DNA of 62,914 nucleotides, the filler included, from Octopus bimaculoides (taxonomy: Eukaryota): NCBI RefSeq assembly GCF_001194135.2. It is 8 parts of 8 records of this genome, joined end to end, with 100 filler letters (N's around TTAATTAATTAA, not from the genome) between each part and the next. Parts side by side here need not be neighbours in the genome. Positions count along the whole stretch, not along the records: positions 16,213 to 23,857 come from NC_068982.1; positions 23,958 to 32,893 come from NC_068996.1; positions 32,994 to 36,994 come from NW_026345503.1; 5 more parts are not named here. One strand, given 5' to 3'. Below are positions 22,836 through 35,981 of this stretch, one piece after another. The first letter of the stretch is position 1; every line of letters begins with the position of its first letter. The notes under the pieces are model-generated. The model saw only the letters and a list, made by a program, of their open reading frames with translations. It was not told the DNA's origin and made no database searches. The position numbers and the translations under genes are program-made.

Positions 22836-22990
22836 AGCAGCAATAGTAGTGGACTTTGTGAGAAAGTGCTGAGAGTTGCTGAAATGCATATAGCCTTTCA
22901 CTGCATACTTATTCACCCAGGCCTTAACAACTGTCTATAGCACCTCAACGTATCCAGCAGCATTGGTTATAAGACCCTGTTGTTTGAGGA
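22836..22990 (-). mobile_element. maT (DD37D-type) Tc1/mariner transposase remnant
   Basis: Minus-strand LITNAAGYVEVL*TVVKAWVNK..RLYAFQQLSALSHK resembles VNAxxYxEVLxTVVKPW...YVFQQDSAPxHK. Confidence 0.6.
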
Positions 22991-23614
22991 TAGTAATATA
23001 CTGATAAATAAGTTTCCTCAAATATCTCTCGCACTCTGCATAGCATCGCACAGTCAAGGTTGACTACGTATCAGTACTTGTATTCACAGGTCTGGACAAA
23101 ACTCCAAATTCCGAATCACCAGTTTCATCCAAGGGAATGGCTGTCGCCTCAAGGTCAACAAAGATTGGCACAAGTGTCATCAGAATGCAAAGAGCTGGAA
23201 CAGATATCGCAAAACATCCTGACCAAGACTATAATAGTTACGCCAATCTATCGCCGTGGTTTGATACTTTTTGTGGGAAGTGTGGGAACCGAAGGATAAT
23301 AGACAAAGTTGGCTTCAGCTGGATTTGAACTTAGAACGAAGAAAATCGGAATAAAACTACAAGGTATTCTATCAGATCTGACGTCTCAGATGCCAATTCA
23401 CTTCCTTAGAATTTAGAATATATTGCTGTTTTTAAATTTACTTTATTTTAATTTTTTTTTATTTAGCAGAAGGCGCGATTAAACCAATGCTACTACATGA
23501 GTGACGCTTCTCTTACAGACTACCTCCAACATCGTCAATAAGACCTTTCATAGACATCTTACCCACCGCTACCAACATCTTTACCATTACCCCCCCCCCA
23601 TCTTCATTGTATTC

Positions 23615-23768
23615 TCAGGGAGATTCAGCGTGACACAGAATGTGTGAAGGCTGGCTACGTTAAGGGTACACGTGGAGTACTCAGTCGCTTTCACGTTAAT
23701 TTTACGAGCAGCCTGTTCCGTTGAACGGATCAACTGGAACACTTCTTGTCGTAAGCGATGGAGTGCCG
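23615..23768 (+). mobile_element. SINE family C, 3' part
   Basis: Matches 22660-22820 with small deletions. Confidence 0.8.
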
Positions 23769-23957
23769 GTTATTTACCTCAGACAATTTCTGCAGAGGCT
23801 GACTTTGCGTTTCGTAGATCGATAAAATAAATACCAGGTAAGAACTAGGATCGATATNNNNNNNNNNNNNNNNNNNNNNNNNNNNNNNNNNNNNNNNNNN
23901 NTTAATTAATTAANNNNNNNNNNNNNNNNNNNNNNNNNNNNNNNNNNNNNNNNNNNN

Positions 23958-24320
23958 CCCTGGTACTATCAACTCGGATAGCTGGTCCCTCTATTGGGTC
24001 GACATACGGCAGGCTCTCTTCCTCCCATTCATTCTCTTTATTAAGCAATCTATCGTAGTGGCATCTCCAGACCTCTTTCTTTGCATCCTCATTTAGTGCA
24101 AGCGTACCATCATCCATGCGAACACATTTCTCTCCTACAACATCACTATTCTCTCTCCTACACTGTCTTGCAACACGAAATACCTCGAGTCTTTGGTCCT
24201 CACGGCGCAGAACATTGGCAAATCTTTTCTTATCTGCTTCCCCTCTGGCTAAATAAACCTGTTGCCTAGCCTCCCTTCTGGCACCTCTTTCATTATTCTT
24301 CCTCATCTTGCCCTACCATG
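23958..24320 (-). mobile_element. RTE-clade LINE internal fragment (EN-RT linker)
   Basis: Open frame AKREA-like QVYLARGEADKKRFANVLRREDQRLEVFRVARQCRRENSDVVGEKCVRMDDGTLAL...VWRCHYDRLLNKENEW...VDPIEGP. Confidence 0.8.
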
Positions 24321-24441
24321 TATCAACCACCAAACACATTTTACCCAATCCTTCCTGCCTGGAGGAAATTACCTTCCCTTGTCTTCACCCTATCATGTTT
24401 TTCCCACAGATCTCAATCTGGAAATGTTGAAATTAACTTAA

Positions 24442-24652
24442 CCCTTTTGTTACCATATTTCTGTTACAATATACTGCGTTTGTTTCAGTTGATTTTGAAG
24501 ATAATGAAGAATTTAAGTAAAATAACTTTGTCATTATTAAGTTGGTGTTTGAAACATAGATTAACATGAAATTTTGATGGAAGATCTTAATTTAGATCAC
24601 TTTAAACAGGAAATTTGTATTATAGAATGAGGGGTGCTCTCATTCAAAAGAA
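24442..24652. mobile_element. piggyBac-like MITE
   Basis: TTAA|CCCTTTTG ... CAAAAGAA|TTAA. Confidence 0.65.
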
Positions 24653-24849
24653 TTAACCGATTCTGGCATTTTATTTACAGCCATTTGTTGTTGTGGTATA
24701 CAAGAAGAAGTTGCTGATGAATACGGTTCAGGAAGACGTGATTACAAAATTTCTAGAGGTAAATATATGTGTGTGTGTATGTGTGTGTGTCTGTGTGTGT
24801 GTGTGCGTGTGTGTGTGTGTATGTTTGTACATGTGTGAGCATGCATATG

Positions 24850-25090
24850 CGCATATATATTCTTATTCTTTCCTTTTATTCCTTTACTTGTTTTAATCAT
24901 TGGACTGTGGCCATACTTACACACCATCGCCTTGGAGGATTCAGTCAAGTAAATCAACCCAGTATTTATTCTTTCTAAATCTGGTGCTTATTCTATAGGG
25001 TCTCTTTAGCCCAACTGTTAAATGATGGGCTATGTAAACAATCTAACACTGATCATCAAGTAGCATAGAGGCAAACACAAAGAAACATAC
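24850..25090 (-). mobile_element. SINE family A, 3' half
   Basis: Reverse complement of the family A tail. Confidence 0.8.
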
Positions 25091-25107
25091 ATACATACAT
25101 ACATATA

Positions 25108-25150
<43 letters not shown>

Positions 25151-25454
25151 NNNNNNNNNNNNNNNNNNNNNNNNNNNNNNNNNNNNNNNNNNNNNNNNNN
25201 NNNNNNNNNNNNNNNNNNNNNNNNNNNNNNNNNNNNNNNNNNNNNNNNNNNNNNNNNNNNNNNNNNNNNNNNNNNNNNNNNNNNNNNNNNNNNNNNNNNN
25301 NNNNNNNNNNNNNNNNNNNNNNNNNNNNNNNNNNNNNNNNNNNNNNNNNNNNNNNNNNNNNNNNNNNNNNNNNNNNNNNNNNNNNNNNNNNNNNNNNNNN
25401 NNNNNNNNNNNNNNNNNNNNNNNNNNNNNNNNNNNNNNNNNNNNNNNNNNNNNN

Positions 25455-25489
<35 letters not shown>

Positions 25490-25660
25490 GTATAAAGAAT
25501 TATTCATATTCTCCTTTCCCTTCTTTATGAGATTTGAATATGATCTCTCCAGATATCTGTTTATCTATCTATGATGAACCTGTATGAAGATGATCCTCCT
25601 TTCTCTTTTATCTGTGCTATTAGAATATGAACTCTCAGGATGTGTATGTATGTATGTATG

Positions 25661-25691
<31 letters not shown>

Positions 25692-25849
25692 GTGTGTACA
25701 TGTATGTTGCCATTTTTTCTGCTGTTTCTCCACTTATCCATTTTGTTAATCTTCAGCATTCTTCTTTCCATGGCTCTTTGTGTTCCTCTTAATTTATTTT
25801 CAACACTTCTATTGAAAGTCTATGTTTCTGATTCATGTATAATAGCAAC

Positions 25850-26110
25850 AGGTGCCATGGACATCATCTGGAAAATAAAAACTCTGAAATGGTCTTATAT
25901 GGGACATGTGTTTAGAAGAGAGAACAATAGATGGAATCGCAAATTGACAGAGTGGACACCATGTCCAGAAAAAGAAGGGCAAGATCATGCAGAAGTTGGA
26001 ATGAAGACTTAGTTAAATTCTTCAATCCCAAACATGGATGAGGAAAACGTCAGACTATGGTTGGTGGGAAGAACATACTGAAGGATTTGTCTAGCAGTGT
26101 ACTGAACATG
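25850..26110 (+). mobile_element. RTE-clade LINE RT C-terminal remnant
   Basis: DIIWKIKTLKWSYMGHVFRRENNRWNRKLTEWTP matches KWxWAGHVxRxxDxRWxxxxTEWxP. Confidence 0.75.
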
Positions 26111-26428
26111 TGCAAGGATGATGATGTATATATCTATTATTAATAAAAATCCCACTAAAGCCATATGAAATTCAGCTACCCAGGGTTTCCTGGCCAAACA
26201 TTAAGCCTATTTTTGCTGTTTCTCAAGCTGGTAATGTCAATATAGTGGATTAGTAATTCTATATGCAGTAAACCTCACTCCACCATAGAAGTGGAAGGAA
26301 AAAATTATATTCTCAAAACAAATGAATTTTTACTGAAGCCGTCCTAGAAATATAATCCCCTTTAAATATTTTCAAAATGTCATTAATTGATCATTTGATT
26401 ATTCAAATATAATGTGTATATGTATGTA

Positions 26429-26615
26429 TGAGGTGGTATCAAAAGGTTTCCGGACTAGTTATGTTTAATAAAAAATAACTTATTTACCTAAGTTTTAACA
26501 TCATCTCCTTTGAAATAGTCACCTTGTGCAGCAATACACTGGTTCCAGCATTCCTGTCACTTTTGGAATCCTGCCTGGAAGTTGTTTTCCATAAGAGAGT
26601 TGCGGCCTTCTGTGA
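26429..26615 (-). mobile_element. Mariner 3' end with TIR
   Basis: TA-TGAGGTGGTATCAAAAGGTTTCCGGAC terminal repeat; minus-strand CWNQCIAAQGDYFKGD. Confidence 0.7.
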
Positions 26616-26649
26616 TTTGCTCTTTAATGGCAACCTTTGAGCTGCATTT

Positions 26650-27020
26650 TCATGAAGACCTGTTGAGCCAAGTGAAATCATAGTCATAGCCAATGCCAGT
26701 GTCGTCTGACTGCACCCATGCCAGTGGCATGTAAAAAACACCATTTGAGCATGGAGGCAGTGACAGGTGACCAAGACCTATGGCTATACACCATGCTTGT
26801 GTGGATCTGTCAAGGCATGTGAGACCATAGTCATGGCTAATGCTGGTTTCAAGTCAATGTCACTTGTGCTCTCAGAAAGGTTAGTGCTAAGAAGGGCAAT
26901 TAGCTGTAGAAACCTTGCCAAATCAGTTGGGAACCTAGTGCAGCTCCACAGCCTACCAGTTTTCAGTCAAACCATCCAACCCATGCCAGCATGGAAAGCA
27001 GACGTTAAATGACGATGATG
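26650..27020 (+). mobile_element. Family E (RTE 3' end), rearranged
   Basis: AVTGDQDLWLY-type ORF end, repeat units and ACCCATGCCAGCATGGAAAGCAGACGTTAAATGACGATGATG tail. Confidence 0.7.
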
Positions 27021-27036
27021 AGGATCATCATTATTG

Positions 27037-27222
27037 GCAAGACGGCAGAATCATCAGCATGCCAGGCAAATGCTAATGATTCTGCCATTTTGTCCCTCTG
27101 AGTTTAACTTTGTCCTTCATCCTTTCAAAGTCGATAAAATAAGCACCAGTTGAACACTAGGATTGATGTAATTGACTTACCCTCTCCTTTGAGCTTGCTG
27201 GCATTGTGCCAAATTCTAAAAC

Positions 27223-27276
<54 letters not shown>
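27037..27276 (+). mobile_element. SINE family B (tail type 2) with (ATT)n tail
   Basis: Family B core CTTTGTCCTTCATCCTTTCAAAGTCGATAAAATAAGCACCAG, then a long (ATT)n tract. Confidence 0.75.
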
Positions 27277-27575
27277 GAGGGGGCTCCTGTGCAGGTGGCA
27301 TGTAAAAAACACCATTTGAGCGTGACCGTTGCCAGTACTACCTGACTGGCCTTCGTGCCAGTGGCATGCAAAAGCACCCACTACACTCTCAGAGTAGTTG
27401 GCGTTAGAAAGGGCATCCAGCTGTAGAAACTCTGCCAGATCAGATTGGAGCCGGTGCAGCTATCTGGCGAGCCAGATAGCTGCACCGGGCTCCAATCTAT
27501 CTGGCTCACCAATTCTCAGTCAAAAAGTCCAACCCATGCCAGCATGGAAAGTAAACGTTAAACGATGATGATGTG
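27277..27575 (+). mobile_element. Family E (RTE 3' UTR), 5'-truncated
   Basis: GGCGTTAGAAAGGGCATCCAGCTGTAGAAAC and (GAT)n tail. Confidence 0.8.
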
Positions 27576-27599
27576 ATGAAAACTCACAGCTTATTTTGC

Positions 27600-29011
27600 T
27601 AGGTATGATAGAAAATACCAGCAGACTAAGGTGACACTTGTTTACTGATCATGCTTCAAGAACCCTGCGAAGAATTCTTGCAGCTTCAAGCAATGTTGAT
27701 TTTTGTGGATGTTCTACCTTCACACTTGCACCAATCTTTTTCAGCCATGCTGGTAGTTGAGTGCTGATACTTCCAAGTGTACCAATTACTATTGGTATCA
27801 CGTCTACTCTCTTCATTGACCACAACCTTCGTGTTTCCCACTTCAAATTGTCATAGTTGCTTATTTTTTTCTTCTTCTTTCACATTGACCCTGTTGTCAC
27901 CAGGACATGCTATGTCGATTATCATACATTTTCTTTTTTATTCACCACAACAATGTCCGGTTTTTGATGTCTGATGGGGGATCACATTGGATCATTGCAT
28001 CCTACAGGATTTTACAATTCTCATATTTAGTAACTCCTTCTGGAATTTGGTCATGCCACGTCTTTGCTTTTTGTAGGCCGTGATTTCCACAGAGCCCCCA
28101 ATGGATTATTCTTGCCACATTGTCATGGTGTCTTTTGTATTCATGTGGTGCTAATTTCGGGCATTCACTAATGATGTGCCATACCGTTTCACCCCTCTCA
28201 CCACACATTCTGTATTTGTCACTATCAGTAGTATTGTCTATTCTGCACTTCATATAGTTGGTCCTTAATGCTTGTTCCTGAGCTGCGCATATGAGTGCTT
28301 CTGTCTCTATTTCCAGGTCACTCCTTCTCTTCTATAGCTACCAGTCCTCTGTATTTGTCTTGGAATTCACATCTCTTGCAAACTGACCATACATTTTTTC
28401 CTTCCATGCTTTTCCTTTTTTTTTTTGTTCATTTCTTGATTAAATTTTTCTTTATTTCACAAAATTTTCAGTTTTGATGACACCAGACTTTTTCATGTGT
28501 TTCAACAGTGTCTCCATGGTATTTTTAATATACCACCATAGGTTATTTTCTTCTACTTCAATATAATCCTGGCAACTGATCAAACCTCTCCCAACCTTTC
28601 TTCTGGACAAGTACAATCTATCCGTATCACTCTTAGGGTGGAAGGCTCCATGTACTGTCAACATTTTTCTGGTCTTGGTATCCATTTTCTTCACTTCTCT
28701 TTTTTGCTATTTCATAATCCCCACTCCGTACCAAAGTGATGCTAGTGCCCACATATTAACTGCTTGGATTTTATTCCATCCAGTCAGTTTTGAGCACAAC
28801 ATTAACCTCAGTCTTTGGAAATACTCCATTTTCGTTTGCTCTTTCATTTCCTTTTCCATTATCTCGTTGAACTGTAGCACATCAAGGGATTTGAATCCTT
28901 CCGTTTCAGTTTGTTTAAGTCTCTATTCAGTAATTCTATCCCTGCTAGGGACTGTACCTTGCCTCTTTTTAGGTAGATTATTCTGTACTTCTTGAGTTCA
29001 AATTCCATTCT

Positions 29012-29044
<33 letters not shown>

Positions 29045-29460
29045 TTAACGTCTGTTTTCCATGCTAGTATGGGTTGGACGGTTCGACCGGGGTCTGGGAA
29101 GCCAGGAGACTGCACCAGGCTCCAGTCTGATCTGGCAGTGTTTCTACAGCTGGATGCCCTTCCTAATGCCAATAACTCCGTGAGTGTAGTGGGTGCCTTT
29201 TACGTGCCACTGGCACCGGGGCCAGAGGAGGCTGGCAATGGCCATGATCGGGTGATGCTTTTTACATGCCACCAGCACAGAAGCCAGTCAAGGCGGCGCT
29301 GGCATTGGGCCATACAGTTTCAAATCATCGATGAAGAGCAGGTGGTTGATTGTTTGGGATTTTTCCTTCAGTTGGTACTTTTTTCCTTTAGTTGGTTCCT
29401 TTAGTTGGTTCATTTTCCTAAGTACCAAGGTCATTATTATTATTAGCCAGTTTGCTGAAA
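27600..29460 (-). mobile_element. R4/Dong-clade RLE LINE, 3' portion, interrupted at 29014-29308
   Basis: INHLLFIDDLKLYG (RT), HPKSDTDRLYLSRRKVGRGLIS, C(Y)RMCGERGETVWHIISECPKLA (CCHC), KPDIVVVNKK..MIIDIACPGD (RLE) and VIPIVIGTLG...ARILRRVLE. Confidence 0.92.
29014..29308 (-). mobile_element. Family E (RTE 3' UTR) inserted in the R4/Dong element
   Basis: (CAT)n tail plus family E body between two collinear R4 RT segments. Confidence 0.85.
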
Positions 29461-29934
29461 GGTGGATGGCAAGAATGGTACAAGTGATCGGGCCTACCCT
29501 GAGCATAGGCCTGCAGTTGGAAAAGAGGAAAGGATAGGAAGGCACCTGCCCCAAAAGTCAGGATACCCATAGTTTTTATGGGGGTTTTTCATGAGCAGCT
29601 CTCAAATGTCTCCAACCTATTAAAGATTACACACTGTTGATTTCTCTTTTTTTAAAAATTTTGTTAGTCTTGTTTACACACAAAGCCTTCACAACAACAC
29701 ACACTCACACAAACACATTCTTTGGTTTGTCTGGTGCTGTCCATAATGTTTTTCTTAATGTAAACACTTGTGGTTATTAAAGAAGTCATCATCATCATCA
29801 TCATCATCATTACTATTATTATTATTTGTCATAACCTAGACAAGTCTGCAACATGGCTTATCTTATCATCCAATCATCATCATTATCCCCTTTCGTTTTT
29901 GTCTTTCACTACAATTCTCTTATTCTTGTTTCAG

Positions 29935-30060
29935 ACTAATGACTGGTTTGTTGCTCCAGAACATAATGTGTGGACAGATGGAATTTACTCACTAGACTTG
30001 CAAAAATCTTCTTATAATAACTCCTTGCTTCAAGATAACTACAAGAACATATGTTTAGAG
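29935..30060 (+). CDS. Internal coding exon (phase 0-0) of an unidentified gene: TNDWFVAPEHNVWTDGIYSLDLQKSSYNNSLLQDNYKNICLE
   Basis: Strong acceptor TTCTCTTATTCTTGTTTCAG and donor GAG|GTATGT; 126 nt; only one frame is open; non-repetitive sequence. Confidence 0.7.
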
Positions 30061-30279
30061 GTATGTATAACCCAAGTACTCCAATGCAAGCCCTGAGCTA
30101 TTCAGTTTAATTTGTAAATATGTGGGGAGTCTTTCATTTCAGATTCTGGTATTTTCAGAATTAAATGAAAGTAGATTTGCCCAATTTGCTTTAGAATATT
30201 CTCTAACAAAATGTCATCAAATGTGGTTTGTTTATTTTTATAAGTGTACTTTGTAATCTATTTTTTTGTGTTACATAGA

Positions 30280-30620
30280 TGCATGGCTCAGTGGTTAGAC
30301 TATCAGGCTCACAGTCATGAATTAGTAAATTCGATTCCCAGAATCTGTGTGTTGTGTGTTGTGTTCTTGAGCAAGACACTTTATTTCATATTGCTCCACT
30401 TCCATTCAGCTGTAGAAATGAGTTGTGACATCACTGGTGCCAAGCTGTATCAGCCTTTGCCTTCCCCTTGGACAACATCAGTGGTGTGGAGTGGAGAGGA
30501 GAGACTGGCATGCATGGGCGACTGCTGGTCTTTCATAGACAACCTTGCCCAGACTTGTGCCTCAAAGGGGAACTTTCTAGATGCAATCTTCATTCATGAC
30601 CAAAGTGGGGTTTTACCCAT
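30280..30620 (+). mobile_element. SINE family D
   Basis: Collinear with 3413-3743. Confidence 0.85.
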
Positions 30621-31746
30621 TACACTTTATAGTGATGGAACATGGCCTTGGTTTGAGTATTGCTCTCATGTTTACAAGAGTGTAGTTCTGATTTCCACTG
30701 ACCAGGTTGCACATTGGTTTAGAGCAAAATATTTCATTTCATGTTACTCTGCAATCACTTTGACATCTGGCTTGTGGCATGCTCCGCACCTGCACAGGCA
30801 ATGTTGGTTTGATGGAGTGAAAGAGCTAATGTGCAACACATAAATTTGATCACTACAAACAAATCATTTGTGTAGGAAATATATATCAGTGACAGAGGCA
30901 GTGTTAATACTAAGAGGTAATATTTATTCCCACTTGAACATGGATGCTCTGTGGGAACAAACTTTATCAAGGTAGATACCATGAGAGAAACTCTCTCATG
31001 GTATATACATGAGTTTCTCCCATGGTATATACATGAGTTTCTCCCATGGCATCTACTGCAGCAAAGTTTGTTCTAACAGAATATCTACGTTTAAGTGGTA
31101 ATAAATATTACCTATCTGTGTAGGGTGTTCAGCAAGAAATTACAGAACCCTTGACTGTCATCTGTGACAGGAGGGATCATAGTTTGTAACTGAATTGTGT
31201 GAGTGCAAGACTGGCAGTCTCGTTAAGAAGTGTGCTTCTCAATCATGTAGTTTTGGGTTCAGTTTCACTGTGTAGCACCTCAAGACTCTTTCTACTACTA
31301 CAACACCTGGCTGACCAAAGACTTATCAGTTTGGTGGATAGAAGCAGAAAGAAACTTGTATGTATGTATGTATGTGTGTGTGTGGGGGGGTTCGGGTAGT
31401 ATGTTTGTGTGTGTGCGTAGGGTAGTGTATTTGTGTGTGTGTGTAGGGTAGTGTATTTGTGTGTGTGTGTGTGTGTGTGTGTGCATGCATGTGTATGTGT
31501 GCGTGTAGCATTGTGTTGACATCGATTGATAGTTATAAAATAAGTAACCATCATTCATTTCCAGTTTCTCATGGAAACATGATATGTCATGGGGAAATAT
31601 TAACTTGCCTGTTATATAAAAGTAAATACGTGTATGTGTGTATATTGGGAAATATGAAATTTCAACAATGATGCCTTATTTTACTGGAGATACCATCTGT
31701 TGGTTTTGCACAAATATATATATATAGATATACATACATATATATA

Positions 31747-31820
<74 letters not shown>

Positions 31821-32149
31821 TATTTATTATTACATTCTTTAACCTGACCACCACCTCCACCTCTGCTGCTGCTACCACCACCACCTCCATCCTTTCCTTA
31901 GAAATATAAAAACCACATATGGGCAAATATATTCAGAACAAAAATTTACATATTTTAAAATGTAGTCACATGGTTCGAATATCTGCATGTAAAGCATAGG
32001 TGCAGACATATCTGTGTGGTTGAGAGGCTTGCTTTGCAGCCATGTATCTTGGGAGGTTCAGTCCCAAAGTATTGTTGCCGTATGTGAGAACTAGCTATTT
32101 GATAGCAGAGGGCTTGGGATTTACTTGCATTTACTTGCATGTTGTTTTC

Positions 32150-32827
32150 TTCAGCCCATTTATATTTGGAATCTAGATTGTTGTGTAGAAGATTATTTTT
32201 GGAAGGTTCCTTCATTGCTTGTACTGTTTTTGTGCCATCTACATAGCTAGTAAGTGTGGCTGTCAACATAACTGATAGCATATTTGAGAGGCCACCATAA
32301 ACAGCAGTTGCTTCAAGACAGTTCCTTGAGTTACTCCACCCTCTATTTCTGTCTCCATCAAGAGAGCTCCACTGGCTGCCACATCCTGGCTTCTGTCTTT
32401 TAAGAAGGCGTGTAACCACTTTCTTAGTCTTCCAACTATGCTGAGTCTCTGAGACATATCATCCCATGGCCGACCTTATCAAAGGCTTTTGCAAAGAAGA
32501 GATTTATCACATCCACTTTTGAGTGATTCCTGAGTTATTTCAAAGCCCTGTCTTAATGCTGCAAAAGCTGTGTAAGGCAGTTTCTTCCTGAGTGGAGACT
32601 ATGCTGAATGTCAGGGAACAAGCCATTATCTTCAAAGAACACAATCAATTTCCTCCTGACAAAGCATTCCATGACTTTGCTGACATGGGAGGTTAGAGAT
32701 ACAGGTGTATAATTTTGAGCATCTACTCCGCTACCTCCTTATGTATAGGACATATGCCTTTCTTTAATTTTCTGAAAAGTATCCCAGTTGTAAGGAAGAT
32801 CTGGAAGAGGATCTGTATTACCTGTAT

Positions 32828-32830
<3 letters not shown>
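32150..32830 (-). mobile_element. CR1/L2-like LINE RT remnant
   Basis: Minus-strand (Y)xPVSLTSHVSKVME, FAKAFDKVGHG, WLHAFLKDRSQ and GGVTQGTVLKQLLF. Confidence 0.8.
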
Positions 32831-32893
<63 letters not shown>

Positions 32894-33349
32894 NNNNNNN
32901 NNNNNNNNNNNNNNNNNNNNNNNNNNNNNNNNNNNNNTTAATTAATTAANNNNNNNNNNNNNNNNNNNNNNNNNNNNNNNNNNNNNNNNNNNNTCCAGCT
33001 GTCTGACAGTTATCGAATGTATTAGCTTCTGCGTGGGGCCCTAGGTATATTTTCCCAGCTAATAAGCAGGCACACGCTGAGGTTGTGACAGCTGCAACAA
33101 TTTCTTGATGGTGGACGTGTGTTGGCACCATTTGTGAGACACGTCTTTCCACAGCTCGGTCTCCTTGACAGGGCTGTAGTTCTTGGTGAAGGAAACCCCC
33201 AAATTCTCTGCCTGCTACCTAGAATATCACCAGACGTATCCAGCCCTCTACCAGTCGATCATGCACTTGTTGAGTGTCCGACAATGATAATGAAGGAAGG
33301 TCTACCAACTGCTGGCATCACTATAATGAATGAGTGGGCGGTGTTCTAT

Positions 33350-34670
33350 TGTGATTGGCACATGGGAAAACCATTTTAGTCTTGAAGGAAGTATCAAAGT
33401 ACAATGAAGTGTCAGACTACCGACCCATAGCATATTTACCAATCATGTGGGAAATGGTGACAGGAGTAATAACTGACGAAATGTACACATGTTTAGATTA
33501 TGAAAGATTTGTATCTGATGAGCGGAAGGGTTGTAAACGAATGTCAAGTGGGACAAAAGATCAGATGTTAATAGACAAGATGATATTAAGGAACTGCAAA
33601 AGGAGATTAACGAGACTAGGAGTGGCCTGCCTTGATTATAAAACGGCCTATGATATGATGCCTCATAGTTGGATAGGGAAATATATGTGTTTTTTTGGAG
33701 TGGTAGAAAGTGTACAAAGACGGCTAAAAAGAAATATGACAGCCTGGAAACCGGAGTTAACATCTGCAGGTAGGCCATTAAGTACGGTGAACATCAAAAC
33801 AGGATTATTTGAGGGGGATAATCTCTCACCACTCGTGATTGTTCTGATACTAGAACTTCAATCAATGGTTTTGAGACATGGTAAAGCCGGATATAGTTCG
33901 GGAAAATAAGTGGAAAAGGTTAACCAAATACAATATATGAACAATTAAGAGCTTTGTAGGAAAAATGATCAGCTTGACCCATTTGTGAACACAGGATTTT
34001 TTTCAATTTTGACATAGGAATGGAATTTGGTATGAATAAATGTATTATTTGATATTGAAAGGGTGGGGGTGGATAAAGCAGAGTCAAAGACTTCAGTCAA
34101 AGTTTAGAAGAAGTCAGCGATAAAAATATTTGGGAATTTTGGAATCAAATACCAACAAAAAGAAAGATATGAAGGAAACCGTTTCGAAGGAGTACTTCAG
34201 GAGGATCAAGATTAAACTGAAATTTAAGTTAAATTCTAGGAACATTGTAAAGGTAATGAATTAAAGGGCTGTATCAGTTGTGAAATATGTGGCAGGTTCT
34301 GGGAATTGGAACAAAGAGGAACTACAAGATATTGATAAGATCGGAAAGCTCGGATAATCATAACGATGTAGAAGGCTGTGTATGAAAATGGCAGATGTAG
34401 ACAAACTGTTCAGAAAATGTAAATACGGAGAAAGGAGTTTGATCAGTGTGACGGATTATGTGAGCATGGTAGTGAAAAGTTTCAATCAGTATGTTAAGGA
34501 AAGTACTGAAGAACTGCTAAGAGCAGTATGCAATGCAAACATTCTAAGAGGTGAAACAAAAGCTGAAGTACTTGAAACACGGAAGCAAATTTGTATGGAA
34601 AAACATTTACACACTCAGTTTATGAAGAATACTGAAGCATAAGACGTGTGGAATTAACTGAAAAAGGAAA
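33350..34670 (+). mobile_element. R4/Dong-clade LINE RT remnant
   Basis: GKTILVLK...DYRPIAYLP...ERKGCKRMSSGTKDQMLIDKMIL...CLDYKTAYDMMPHSWI...KTGLFEGDNLSPL, followed by decayed downstream RT/thumb segments. Confidence 0.88.
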
Positions 34671-35039
34671 TGCGCCTAATTCTCCTAATCCCACATAATA
34701 TCTGTATACGTTCACTGTCACAATCTATTCATCTACTAACACTAAGGAGTGAGATATTTCTAGGAAGGTCTTTAGACGCTTGAAGATATCAGAGCCCCAC
34801 TGTTTCTTTCCCTGCTGTTCATATCCAAGATCACCTACATGTCGGTCATGTCTCAGAAAACTTTTTCGAGGCCTTTCTATGAGTCTTCTAAGATCTTTCA
34901 TTTGATATCTTCCGTATCGCTTTTCCCTGAGTGGAAGTATGCTTTGTAGCTCTTGTGTTCATAGTTGTTGTGGTGGGTGCCGCTACCGCCCGCTTTGAGT
35001 TGTGAGCAGCGATGAAGAGCGAGTCATTGCTTTCAATTA

Positions 35040-35330
35040 CACCATTGTAAAGCAGCCTTTCGGGTGTTCTATTTTGCCACAAATATAACATCTGGGTTTC
35101 CCACCCTTAATCACCACCCGCACCTGCCCTGCAATCTCCGAAATAGAAAAAAAAGTTCGGTATACAATTCACGTCTTCTGGAACAACCAAACCTTGGAAT
35201 TCCATAAGTTTTCTATTTTGTTGGGGTTTGATTTCATGCTTATTTCTTCCCTGTGATGGTACCTATGAGATGAGGAGGTACGTTTGCGACCCTCACTTTC
35301 GTCACATGTCCCATATCTAAGGGTAGCATC
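35040..35330 (-). mobile_element. Probable Tx1-like ORF1 remnant (RRM end plus zinc knuckle)
   Basis: Minus-strand TKVRVANVPP and VVIKGGKPRCYICGKIEHPKGC. Confidence 0.45.
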
Positions 35331-35922
35331 GCGAACTAAGGTGCAGATCGTTGTATCCCTCCTACACACATCCTCTTTATTGCTACGGTTGTCCACCACG
35401 GTCCCCTGTTGCATTCCTTGAGATATATACACTACAGAACGCTACACATCTTCCAACTATTTCTTTTCTACTTCGATTGAGGAAGAGAATCGTAGCATTG
35501 TTTCTGCGCGATTGTTGCTCTTATAGATTGTTGTTATTTTCTTAGTACACATCATTCTCCCTTTTGGGAGTGACATGACCCCAGGGTGAACGATATTGCT
35601 CCTATACTTTTTAATGGCACTCACCTTTCAAGTAAAAGGACGATCCCCTGCTTTGTAACGGTCACGAAGCATGATTTTTAAAAACTTCTTTATGGATTTT
35701 CAACGTTATTGATGTTGTTGTTGTTGTCTCAACTGCGCCGCTGCTGTTGATGTCTACGTTACAGTTGTTGTTATTGTTCTTGCTGCTTAAGCTATCAGCG
35801 CCATTGTTGATAGCTTTATTGCTTCTGATTATACTATTATTGTTGCTGCTGTTTCGTAACCGGTCTTGTTGTTGGAGTTGTTGCAGTTCACACTGGTATT
35901 AGTGTTGTCATTGTTGTAGTCG

Positions 35923-35981
<59 letters not shown>

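Noticed and set aside
23090-23290. Exon-like segment with a good acceptor (TTGTATTCACAG) and long open frames
   Set aside because: No convincing donor, several frames are equally open, and it is flanked by a maT remnant and SINE B; I cannot choose a frame.
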